From assembly GCA_963798285.1 (NCBI GenBank), contig CAWCSR010000003.1:500-64499 (forward strand): a stretch of 64,000 nt of DNA. Direction: 5' to 3'. Below the pieces are notes generated by a model. It made no database searches and was not told the DNA's origin. It saw only the letters and a program-made list of their open reading frames with translations. Positions 17,515 to 27,488 of this stretch are shown one piece after another. Source of the DNA: an uncultured Thermoleophilia bacterium (GTDB lineage Bacteria > Actinomycetota > Thermoleophilia > UBA2241). How positions within the stretch are numbered: position 1 is the stretch's first letter; each line of letters begins with the position of its first letter. The position numbers and the translations under genes were made by a program.

Positions 17515-18478
17515 TCAGGCGATGACCGCCGCCATGATCGCCTTCTGCGCGTGCAGGCGGTTCTCGGCCTGGTCGAAGACCACCGAGTTGGGCGAGTACA
17601 GCACCTCTTCGGTGATCTCCTCGCCCCAGTGCGCCGGCAGGCAGTGCATGACCTTGACCTGCGGACCCGCCAGCTTGAGCATCGCGGCGTTCACCTGGTA
17701 GTCCCTGAGCGCCGCCAGGCGGACGTCGTGCTCCGCCTCCTGGCCCATGCTCGTGAAGGTGTCCGTGTAGATCACGTCGGCGCCCTTCACGGCGGCCGGC
17801 GACGTCGCTGGTGAGCTCGACGGAGCCGCCGGTCGCCTTCGCGTCCTCCTGCGCCCGGGCGATGATGTCCATGTCGGGCCGGTAGTCGTCCGGCGTGCAG
17901 GCGACGACGTGCATGCCGGTCTTGGCGCCGACCTCGGCGAGCGAATGCGTGACGTTGTTGCCGTCGCCGATGTAGACGAGCTTGACGCCGGCGAGCCGGC
18001 CGACGTGCTCGCGGATGGTCAGCGCGTCGGCCATGCCCTGGCACGGGTGGTGCGTGTCGGTGAGCCCGTTGATCACCGGGATCTGACCATACCTGGCGAG
18101 GTCCTCCACGTCCGCCTGGGCGAAGGTGCGGATCATGATGCAGTCCACGTAGCGGCTCATCACGTTGGCGGTGTCCCTGATGGTCTCGCCGACGCGCAGC
18201 TGGATGTCGCCCGCATTGAGGAACATCGGCTGGGCGCCGAGCTGCTCGATGCCGACCTCGAAGCTCATGCGCGTGCGCGTCGAGGTCTTCATGAAGATCA
18301 TCGCGACGGCGCGGCCGGCGAGCACGGCGTGCGGCTCGCGCGCCTTCTGCGCGGCCTTGAGCTCGGACGCAAGGTCGAGCAAGGCGGTGACTTCCGCCGG
18401 CGTGAAGTCGTGGATGGTGAGGAAGCTGCGGCCGGTGAGGTCGAGCTCGGAGAGCCGGTTCTTGAGGGCCTCGGTCAT
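17515..18478 (-). CDS. argF: Ornithine carbamoyltransferase (frameshift near 17795)
   Basis: STRTR, HPCQ, GDGNN, SMG, HCLP, QAENR motifs. Context suggests catabolic (ArcB-type) use. Confidence 0.93.
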
Positions 18479-18531
18479 GGGACCTCCTCGAGGAGACTGT
18501 TGACTGCTGCAGTATGGCGCCGGGGCGGAGA

Positions 18532-18574
18532 CACGGCGGGGACCGGACGCAGCACGCGTGCGGTCCCCGCCGTG
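18532..18574. terminator. Strong intergenic hairpin between the arcE-like gene and OTC
   Basis: CACGGCGGGGACCG ... CGGTCCCCGCCGTG 14-bp stem without a U-tract. Confidence 0.45.
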
Positions 18575-18601
18575 GTCACGCCCTGACGCCGGAAGAGGCT
18601 A

Positions 18602-19926
18602 TCAGATGAACTTGTGCTCGCGGAGGACGTCCTCGAGCGTCGGGCTGCCGATCTCCTGCAGGTCGTAGCCGACCTGCACGGCCGGCAGCTTGATGTCGAT
18701 GATGCGGCGCAGGTCCATCGGCGTGCCGATGACGACGACGTCGGCGCCGGAGGCGTTGATGGTCGTCTCCAGGTCCTTGAGCTGCTGCTCCGAGTAGCCC
18801 ATGGCCGGCAGCAGGACGCCGACGTTCGGGTACTTGTCGAACGTCGCCTTGATCTCGCCGACGGCGAACGGACGCGGGTCGATGAACTCGGCGGCGCCGT
18901 ACTGCCTGGCGGCCACGGTGCCGGCGCCGTACTTCATCTCGCCGTGCGTGAGCGTCGGGCCGTCCTCGACCACGAGGACGCGCTTGCCCTTGATCATCTC
19001 GGGCTTGTCCACGGTGACCGGCGAGCGCGCCCATGATGATCTGCGCGGTCGGGTTCACCGAGCGCACGGCGTCGAGCTCGGCCTCGATGCCGGCGCGGTC
19101 GGCCGAGTCGATCTTGTTGAGCACGACGACGTCGGCGAGCCGCAGGTTGACCTCGCCGGGGTAGTACACCAGGCCGTTGCCGGGACGGTGCGGGTCGGCG
19201 ACGGTGATGTACAGGTCGGCGGCGTAGAAGCTGAAGTCGTTGTTGCCGCCGTCCCAGAGGATGACGTCGGCTTCCTTCTCGGCCTCGCGCACGATGGCCT
19301 CGTAGTCGACGCCGGCGTAGATGACGTTGCCGGCCTTGACGTGCGGCTCGTACTCTTCCATCTCCTCGATGGTGCACTCGTACTTGGCGAGGTCCTCGAC
19401 GGTGGCGTAGCGCTGCACGCGCTGGGCGACGAGGTCGCCGTACGGCATGGGGTGACGGATGCTGACGACCTTCTTGCCGGCCTCGCGCAGCATGGTCTGG
19501 ATCTTGCGCGTGGTCTGGCTCTTGCCGGCGCCGGTGCGCACGGCGCAGACGGCGATCACCGGCTTGGTGCTCTTGACCATCACCTTGTCCGGGCCCATGA
19601 GCATGAAGTCGGCGCCGAGCGCGTTCACCAGCGCCGAACGGTGCATGACGTACTCGTAGGGCACGTCGGAGTAGGCGAACACGACCAGCTCGACGCCGTG
19701 CTTCTTGACCAGCTCGGGCATCTCGGACTCGTCGTGGATCGGGATGCCGTCCGGGTAGTAGCTGGCCGGCGAGCTCGGCCGGGTACTTGCGGTCGTTGAT
19801 GTACGGGATCTGCGTGGCGGTGAAGGCCACGATCTCGTACTCCTGTCGCTCGCGGAAGTAGGTGTTGAAGTTGTGGAAGTCGCGGCCCGCGGCCCCCATG
19901 ATCAGGACTTTCGTTCTCTCGGCCAT
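18602..19926 (-). CDS. Arginine synthetase ArcE-like protein (cyclic 2,3-diphosphoglycerate synthase-like GTPase family), frameshifted
   Basis: KVLIMGAAGRDFHNFN, VAFTATQIP, AVRTGAGKSQ, RHPMPYGDL, WDGGNND, VEDGPTLTHG, LPAMGY; immediately upstream of OTC. Confidence 0.85.
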
Positions 19927-19972
19927 GCTCACTCCTGTGGTTGTCAGGTCCCTCCGCGCCACGATCCTTGTG

Positions 19973-21043
19973 TCAGGCCGGCGGAGTGAACACTTTGTGG
20001 ACGTACGGTGACGTGAACAGCTGCAGCGTCGCAGCGTAGGTGGGCACGAATGTGAGGGCCTCGCCCAGCGCCGGCGGCCGGTCCAGGGCGTCGACGTCGA
20101 GGATGAGGTGGTCGCTGGAGGCGCCGAGCACCTCGACGCGAGGATCGACCGGCGTGAGGCCCTCGGGCGGCGCGTCCTGGCGCCCGAGGGCGCAGATGGC
20201 GCGCCGCCGCTCCCCGCGGTCGGTGAATGTCGGGAAGTTGCCGAACGCATCCTGCGCGCTCGTGCCCCGCGGCAGCGACGGCTTCACGAAGCACTCGATC
20301 ACCGGCGCCGAGACGGTGACGGCATCCAGGTGCAGGCCGAGCGTCGGCTCGCGCGTGAGCGTGTCGACGCCGAGCAGGATGGTCTCGCCGACGCGCAGCG
20401 TGTCGACGGCCTTCGGCATGCGGCCGGAGACGACCATGCCGATGGACCCCGAGTTGCCGCCGGAGACAAGGAGCGGGCGGCCGAGCTGCTTCTCGCTCCG
20501 CTCGGCCAGCTCGGCCAGCCGGCCGAGGTTGTCCTCGTCGGGGACGATCGCGCCGTAGCAGGTGAGATTGACGCCGATGCCGGCGATGTCGATGTGGTCC
20601 ATCGCGTTGACGCGCTCGAGGAAGGCGGGCAGCGCGTCCGGCAGCATGCCCTCACGCAGGTCGCCGAGGTCGACCATGGCGACGACGGCGTGCCGCCGCC
20701 CCGCAGCGGCGGCGGCGTTCTCGAGCGCGACCACCGTCTCGAGCTCGCTCTCCAGCGAGACGTCGGTGAGCTGGACGGTCTCGCCGGCAAGCTCCGGCGG
20801 CGGCGCTCGCAGCAGCCAGATGGGCGCCGTGAGGCCGGCGTCGCGAAGCCGCTGGGCGTTCTCCAGGCGTGACTCGCCCAGCGCCCTGGCCCCACCGGCC
20901 AGCATCGCCCGTCCTACCTGTGGTGAGCCGCAGGTGACCTTGGTGACGGCGACGACGGAGATGCCGGGCAGGCGCTCGACGACGGTCCGCGCGTTCTCGC
21001 GCACCTTCCCGAGATCGACGGTGAGAGTGGGTCTGGCGGGCAT
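19973..21043 (-). CDS. orr: Ornithine racemase (alanine-racemase family, PLP)
   Basis: AVTKVTCG, ESRLEN, MVDLGDLREG, NLTCYGAIVP, SGGNS, LRVGE, KPSLP.G, GASSDH. Confidence 0.88.
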   Translation of the reverse strand: MPARPTLTVDLGKVRENARTVVERLPGISVVAVTKVTCGSPQVGRAMLAGGARALGESRLENAQRLRDAGLTAPIWLLRAPPPELAGETVQLTDVSLESELETVVALENAAAAAGRRHAVVAMVDLGDLREGMLPDALPAFLERVNAMDHIDIAGIGVNLTCYGAIVPDEDNLGRLAELAERSEKQLGRPLLVSGGNSGSIGMVVSGRMPKAVDTLRVGETILLGVDTLTREPTLGLHLDAVTVSAPVIECFVKPSLPRGTSAQDAFGNFPTFTDRGERRRAICALGRQDAPPEGLTPVDPRVEVLGASSDHLILDVDALDRPPALGEALTFVPTYAATLQLFTSPYVHKVFTPPA

Positions 21044-21053
21044 GGTCCTCCGA

Positions 21054-21070
21054 TGCATAAGACGTATACA
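21054..21070. promoter_or_regulatory. Palindromic operator TGCATA-N5-TATACA upstream of orr
   Basis: Near-identical palindrome upstream of ord (37137-37153). Confidence 0.55.
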
Positions 21071-21243
21071 TGAGAGTATCGGTCCCAAGGCCTCCCGCGC
21101 AAGCCAGGCGGCGTTCGACCCCGGAGCCTCTGCCGTGGACGACTCTCAGCGGGCTCTCAGCAGGCGCTCAGGGGGCGGTCAGCCGCCGCCGGTAGGTTGG
21201 CTCACGGAAGAAGGCACTGTCACCTGACGCGAGGCGGGACCGG

Positions 21244-22125
21244 ATGAAGAAGGCAACGCTCAACTACTGGGTCGACATGATGACCGGGGCGGCGCTCCTG
21301 GTGTGCGCAGCGACGGGTATCGTGCGCATGTTCCCCGAGGCGACGAGCATCTCGTCGGGCAGCGCGACCATCCTCGGCGTGAGCTCCGCGCTCTGGGCGA
21401 CCGTCCACGACTGGAGCGGCGTCGTCATGGCCTCCGGGGTGGCCCTGCACACGGTCCTGCATCTGCGCTGGCTCGTGCACATGACGCGCAAGACCTTCGG
21501 CAGGGACGCCCGCACGCGTTCCCACGAGCGGACGCCCGCGGCCGCCGGCGCGCGCGCGGCCGTGCGGCCCGGGCCGGCGCACGGCATGGCGGGACGGGCC
21601 GCGTCGCCGCAGGCGGCCGCGGCCGCCGCGCTCTCCCGGCTCGACGCTATGGGTGGCGGCGCGCAGGCCGAGGAACCCCGCAGACTGAGTCGCAAGGCGT
21701 TCCTGACCAGCGCCGCCGCGCTCGGCGGAGTCGCCGTCCTCGCTGGCGCCGGCCTCCTCGCCCGCAGCGAGATCCAGGCCGTGGCGGTGGCGAGCACCTC
21801 CGCCGCCGGCACGACCTCCACCGGTACTTCGTCCGTTGCGTCCACGGCGTCCGGGACCACTTCCACGTCCGATTCCGGCGCCACGGCCGGCACCCAGGAT
21901 GCTTCGTCCGGATCGTCCGCGACCGCGGCCAACGCCGGCGCGACCGCGCGGGTCGCCGTCGACTCGGGCGCCTGTGTCGGCTGTGGCCACTGCCTGCAGA
22001 CTTGTCCGCAGGGCGTGTTCACGCTGGACGGCGGCAAGGCCACGGCGGCCGACGGCGGCTCGTGCACGCTCTGCGGCCGCTGCGTGCAGGTCTGCCAGCC
22101 GCAGGCGATCACGCTGAACGGCTGA
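21244..22125 (+). CDS. DUF4405-type membrane domain fused to a Tat-like segment, S/T linker and 2[4Fe-4S] ferredoxin
   Basis: W..VHDWSG..M...LHTVLHLRW; RRLSRKAFL plus hydrophobic helix; CVGCGHCLQTCP and CTLCGRCVQVC. Confidence 0.85.
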   Translation: MKKATLNYWVDMMTGAALLVCAATGIVRMFPEATSISSGSATILGVSSALWATVHDWSGVVMASGVALHTVLHLRWLVHMTRKTFGRDARTRSHERTPAAAGARAAVRPGPAHGMAGRAASPQAAAAAALSRLDAMGGGAQAEEPRRLSRKAFLTSAAALGGVAVLAGAGLLARSEIQAVAVASTSAAGTTSTGTSSVASTASGTTSTSDSGATAGTQDASSGSSATAANAGATARVAVDSGACVGCGHCLQTCPQGVFTLDGGKATAADGGSCTLCGRCVQVCQPQAITLNG

Positions 22126-22210
22126 GCGACGCCACCACCCGCGGCGCGGCTACCGGGATCGGGCGCCCGCGCCGGCCCCAGTCCCTGCAGACCGCGTTCC
22201 AGTCATCCAG

Positions 22211-22996
22211 TCAGTGCTGGCAGACGGGGCACCAGTACGTGGTGCGGTTGTCGTCGCCCTGGCCTCGCGCCCGGATGAGCGCCGGGGCGCCACAGCGCGG
22301 GCACGGCGCTCCTGCCTTGCCGTAGATCGTCCGGAAGGCGCTCTGGATCCCATTCTCGGCGGACCGCTGCATCAGCGGCCTGATACCGAGCACCACCGCC
22401 AGGGCCTCCTCGTCGGTCACCTCGCCGAGCCGTCGCCACGGGTCGACCTGCGCGAGCCAGCAGCCCTCCGACTTCCAGAAGTTGCCGATGCCGGCGACGT
22501 TGTGCTGGTCGAGGAGCGCGTCGCCCAAGGTCCGGCTGGGGTCGTCCTCGCGCAGGCGCCGCAGGAACTTGTCCTCGTCGAACGACTGCGGCGCGACGAG
22601 GTCCGGTCCGAGGCCGGCAAGGCGCGGATCGCTGCGCACGCGCGCGGCCGTCATCAGCTCGAGCACGGGGCCGTCGAACTGCACGACCTCGTCCTGGCCG
22701 TGCCGCAACACGAGCCAGGCCGAGCGCGGCGTCCGCGGCCAGCGCTCGCCGCGCCGCAGCACGCGCCAGGCGCCGGTCATGCGCAGGTGCGAATGGACGA
22801 CGAGGCCGCCCTCGAACCGCAGCAGCAGGTGTTTACCCATCGCGTCGACGGCCTCGACGGTCCGCCCCGCCAGGCGCTCGGGCCAGCGGTCGCGACCGAA
22901 GCGCGGATGCGGCGTCGCGATCGCGTCGGGCACGCGCCCGGCCAGCACCGCGCGAATGCGTCGCGCGGCGTGGTGAATAGTGTCGCCTTCAGGCAT
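22211..22996 (-). CDS. nei: Fpg/Nei family DNA glycosylase
   Basis: MPEGDT, GKHL, HLRMTG, LLDQ..VAGIGN, C-terminal CPRC...CPVCQ zinc finger. Confidence 0.93.
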   Translation of the reverse strand: MPEGDTIHHAARRIRAVLAGRVPDAIATPHPRFGRDRWPERLAGRTVEAVDAMGKHLLLRFEGGLVVHSHLRMTGAWRVLRRGERWPRTPRSAWLVLRHGQDEVVQFDGPVLELMTAARVRSDPRLAGLGPDLVAPQSFDEDKFLRRLREDDPSRTLGDALLDQHNVAGIGNFWKSEGCWLAQVDPWRRLGEVTDEEALAVVLGIRPLMQRSAENGIQSAFRTIYGKAGAPCPRCGAPALIRARGQGDDNRTTYWCPVCQH

Positions 22997-25900
22997 CGCC
23001 GGGTGTCAGGACGAAGTCGTGGAGGCCCTGCCGAAAGCCGAGCGCCAGGAGCCGTTCTCCCAGCGGATTGCCCAGAGCCGGCTCGCCGTCGACGCGCTCC
23101 ACGGCGAGCCGGCGCAGACGACCGTCCCGGACGGCGGCGACCAGAGCGTCCAGCGCCGGAGCGACGTCCTCGGGGCGGCCGAGGATGCGCAGGGAGCGGC
23201 CGCCAGCGTGCACCGAGAGCGCCGGAACGCCGGCCACCGTCACAAGGTACGCGCCCGGCCGGCGCGACGGCGGCTTGACCTCCGCGTCCGGCCAGCGCAG
23301 GCCGGCGCCGTAGAGCTGCGCCGGGTCGGCGGCGGCGAGGAACAGCGCCGTCCGAGGCGCCTCCACCTGCGAGCGGAGCCGCTCGACGGCGCCGGGCAGC
23401 GCGAACTGGGCGCCGCCGAGGCCCTCGACGAAGTAGCCGCGGCGGGCGACGCCCGAGGTCTCGAGCGCGGACAGCGCCGGGTAGAGGGCCGAGAAGCCGC
23501 CCGGGTAGCCCTCGGCGCGCACCAGCTCGCGCGTGAGCACGCCGTGGCGCTCGAGCAGCAGCTCGGCCCACGCCCGGCGCCGCGCCTCAGGGTCGGCCGC
23601 CGCGGCGCCGAACACGGCGGCGGCAAGCGACCAGCGGCCCTGCAGCGGCGGCGCGCCGCGCGTGCGGCGGCGAAAGCGTCCGGCGGCTGGGCGCCGGGAG
23701 TGCCCGGCGGCGCCCGCCGGGTGCCTGGCGGCGCGCGAGCGCAGCGGCGCGAACGCGTCGTTGGTCGCCTCGCCGGCCCAGGCCAGGTCCCAGAGCGCCT
23801 CGCGCAGCTCCTCGGCCGCCGGCGCCGGATACTCCACCAGCAGGTCGGAGAAGAAGCAGGCGCCGCGCGCCAGCCGCGCGCGGAGAAGCTCGTGGAGCTC
23901 GCCGTCCGGCGGCTCGGCCGCCGCGGGCGGCGGGCCCAGCAAGGGCGCGTCGTCGCGGAAGTAGAGCGCGACGCGCCCCGTGCGCCCGCCGAGCGGCCCG
24001 GCGCCGACCCACACGACCTCGCCGCTGGCGCAGAGCTCGTCCAGCCAGTACGGCGAGTACGTGCCCAGGCGGCGCGGGAGGACGTCCTTCTCCCAGAGCT
24101 CGGGCGCCAGCGGCAGGCCCTGGAGCGGCGCCAGGACGTCGCGCAGGCGGTCGGCTCCGGCGCCGGCCGGCGCGTACCGGTCGACTCCCTGCCACGCCGG
24201 CGCGAAGCGTGCCAGCGCGGCCTGGCCGACCGGCTCGATCTCCTTGCGCAGTATGGCCAGAGAAGCTCGCCGCAGACGACGGAGCACCTCGGGGTCGCAC
24301 CACTCACGCTGCGGTGCCCAGAGGGCGCAGCTCGCCGCGCACGAGCTCGCCGGCCCGCTCGAGCTCCGCGAGCGCCGGGCCGGCGTCGACACCGTAGCGC
24401 GCCCGCACCTCCCCGGTCTCGAACGGCCCGTGCGTGCGCGCGTACCGGCGCAGCAGCCCGAGCATCGCGTCCGGCACGTCCTCGAGGAACGCGTCCGGCA
24501 GGCCGCCGGGCGGCACGACGCCGAGGGCGTCGCGGAACAGCCCGGCGTCCTCCGCGGCAAGCCAGCGCTCTTCGCCGCCGAGCCGGGCGCGGAACGCGCG
24601 GCGCTCGGCGGCGAGCCGCTCCAGCCAGGCGTCCCGGCCTCGTCCGGCGACTCGAGCCGCTCGGACACCTCCGTCAGCGTGAGATCGCCGACGCGCCGAA
24701 GCACTTCGTGCAGCGCGTCGGCGTCGCGCGCCCTCAGGTGCTCCGAGCGGTGCTGCAGGTCGTCCTCCACCTGCTCGAGCGCGCCCGGGTCGATGAGGTC
24801 GCGCAGCTCCTCCTGCCCCAGCAACTCGCGCAGCAGGTCGCGGTCCAGCGCAAGCGCCACCGCGCGACGCTCGGCGGCCGGCGTGTCGCCCTCGTACATG
24901 TAGGAGGCCACGTAGTCGAAGAGCAGCGAGGAGGCGAAGGGCGACGCCGTGCGCGTCTCCACCTCGACCAGCGCAAGCTCCCGGGTGTGCAGCTTGCGCA
25001 GGAGGTCCAGCAGGCCGGGGACGTCGAGGACGTCGCGCAGGCACTCGCGGTAGGTCTCGAGGATCACCGGGAACTGCGGATAGCGCCGCGCCACCTCGAG
25101 CAGCGACTGCGCCTTGAGGCGCTGCTGCCAGAGCGGCGTGCGGCGCCCGGGGTAGGCGCGCGGGATGAGCAGGGAGCGCGCGGCGTTCTCCCGGAAGCGC
25201 GCGCCGAACAGCGCGCTGGCGCCGAGCTCCGCGACCACCAGGTCCTCCGCCTCGTCCGGCTCGACGAGCACCAGCTCGGCCCCGGGCGGGTCGTCGGCGT
25301 CGGGCAGGTGGACGATGATGCCGTCGTCCGACCAGATCGCGTCGGCCTCCAGGCCGAAGGCGTCCCGGATGCGCGCCGAGAGCGCCAGCGCCCACGCCGC
25401 GTGGACGCGCCCGCCGTAAGGGGAGAGGACCACCAGCCGCCAGTCGCCGATCTCGTCACGGAACCGCTCCACGACCAGGGTGCGGTCCGACGGCAGCACG
25501 CCGGTCGCGGCCTCCTGCTCGCGCAGGAACGCGAGCAGGTTGGACGCGGCGCGGCGGTCGAGGTCGTAGTCGCGCTCGAGGACGGCTTCGTCCTGGCGCA
25601 CGGCCCAGCGGGAGAACGCGCCGATAGCCTCGCCGAGCTCGCGCGGCCTGCCCACGCCCTCGCCGTGCCAGAAGGGGACCGCGCCCGGCACGCCGGGAGC
25701 CGGCGTGACGACCACGCGGTCCCGCGTGATCTGCTCGATGCGCCAGGACGTCGCTCCGAGCAGGAACGTCTGGCCGGCGCGCGCCTCGTAGACCATCTCC
25801 TCGTCGAGCTCTCCGACGCGCCGCCCGTCCGGCAGGTTGACGCTGAAGAGGCCACGGTCCGGGATCGTGCCGGCGTTGGCCACCGCCAGCGAACGCGCGC

Positions 25901-27415
25901 CCGGTGCGGGCCCTGATGGTGCCGGCCACGCGGTCCCAGACGATGCGCGGCCGCAGCTCGCCGAACTCCTGCGAGGGATAGCGGCCGTCGAGCATGTCGA
26001 GCACGTTCTCCAGCTGGCGCCGTTCGAGGTCGGCGTAGGTCCAGGTGCGCCGCACCAGGGCGTGGAGCTCGTCGACCGCCACGCCCTCCTCCCCGGCGCT
26101 CGCGGCGATGGCGACGACCTGCTGCGCCAGCACGTCGAGCGGGTTGCGCGGTACCACCGTGGTCTCGATGAGCCCCTCGCGCATGCGCCGCGCCACGACG
26201 GCGCACTCGAGCAGGTCGGCGCGGAACTTGGGGAAGATGCGGCCGCGCGACACCTCGCCCACGCCGTGTCCGGCGCGGCCGATGCGCTGCAGGCCGCGGG
26301 TCACCGACTTGGGCGACTCGACCTGCACGACGAGGTCGACCGCGCCCATGTCGATGCCCAGTTCCAGCGACGAGGTGGCCACCAGACACGGCAGCGTGCC
26401 CGCCTTGAGCAGGTCCTCGATGACGACGCGTTCTTCGCGCGCGAGCGAGCCGTGGTGCGCGCGAGCGATCTCGTGCACCGGCCGGCCGAGCGATTCCGCC
26501 TCCTGGGCGGCGAGGCCGTTGAGCCTCAGCGCGATACGTTCGGCAGCGCGCCGGTTGTTGACGAACACCAGCGTGGAGTGGTGCTCGCGCACCAGGCTCA
26601 GCAGCTCGGGGTAGATCGCCGGCCAGATGCTGCGCCGCGTCGCCTCACCGCCGGGCACGGCGTCGAGCTCGAGAGCAACGTCCGGCTCGACCATCGACTC
26701 CACCGGGACGTGGATGCGCAGGTCGAGCGGCTTGCTCACCCCGGCGTCGACCACGGTGCACTGCCGGCCGGGGCCGACGAGGTACCGGGCCACCTCGTCC
26801 AGCGGCCGCTGGGTCGCCGAGAGGCCGATGCGCTGGACGTCGCGGCCCGCCTGCTACGGCCAGCCGCTCCAGCGTGAGCGCCAGGTGCGAGCCGCGCTTG
26901 GTCTGGGCCACGGCGTGGATCTCGTCGACGATGACCCACTGCGTGGCGTTGAACAGCTCACGCGCCTGGGAGGTGAGCATGAGGTAGAGCGACTCCGGCG
27001 TGGTGATCAGGATGTCCGGCGGGGTGCGGAGCATCTCCCGCCGCTCACGCTGCGGCGTGTCGCCGGTGCGCACCGCGACGCGTACGTCGGCGCCGATGCC
27101 GCGCAGCGGCGCCCGCAGGTTGCGCTCGACGTCGTAACCGAGCGCCTTGAGCGGCGAGATGTAGACCAGCCGCAGCGTCCGCTCACGCGGGTCCGGCGGC
27201 GGCGGGTCGGCCACGAAGCGGTCGAGCGCCCACAGAAAGGCGGCAAGCGTCTTGCCGGATCCCGTGGGCGCCGAGACGAGCGCGTGGGCGCCGGCGGAGA
27301 TCGCCGGCCAGGCCTTCACCTGCGCCGGCGTGGGCTCCGCGAAGGCGCGCGCGAACCACTCGCGCACTTGCGGCGTGAACGGTGCGAGGGCGGGATGTGT
27401 GGCCGAAGTCGTCAT
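22989..27415 (-). CDS. lhr: Lhr-family ATP-dependent helicase (long form), several frameshifts
   Basis: APTGSGKT, YISPLKAL, TTPESL, DEIH, HHGSL, ATSSLELGIDMG, QRIGRAGH, GELDEEMVYE, RRGYFVEGLGGAQFA, AADPA..YG. Confidence 0.93.
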
Positions 27416-27488
27416 GTGGTGTGTGGATGCCCGCGGGTAGCAAGCATCACACGACGCGAGGACGGACGCAGCCGCACGGCGCCATCGG

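Noticed and set aside
22980-25916. Long opposite-strand ORFs (also 32187..34235, 49145..51784, 58726..60933)
   Set aside because: These are shadow ORFs of real minus-strand genes, expected at high GC, and show no recognisable motifs.
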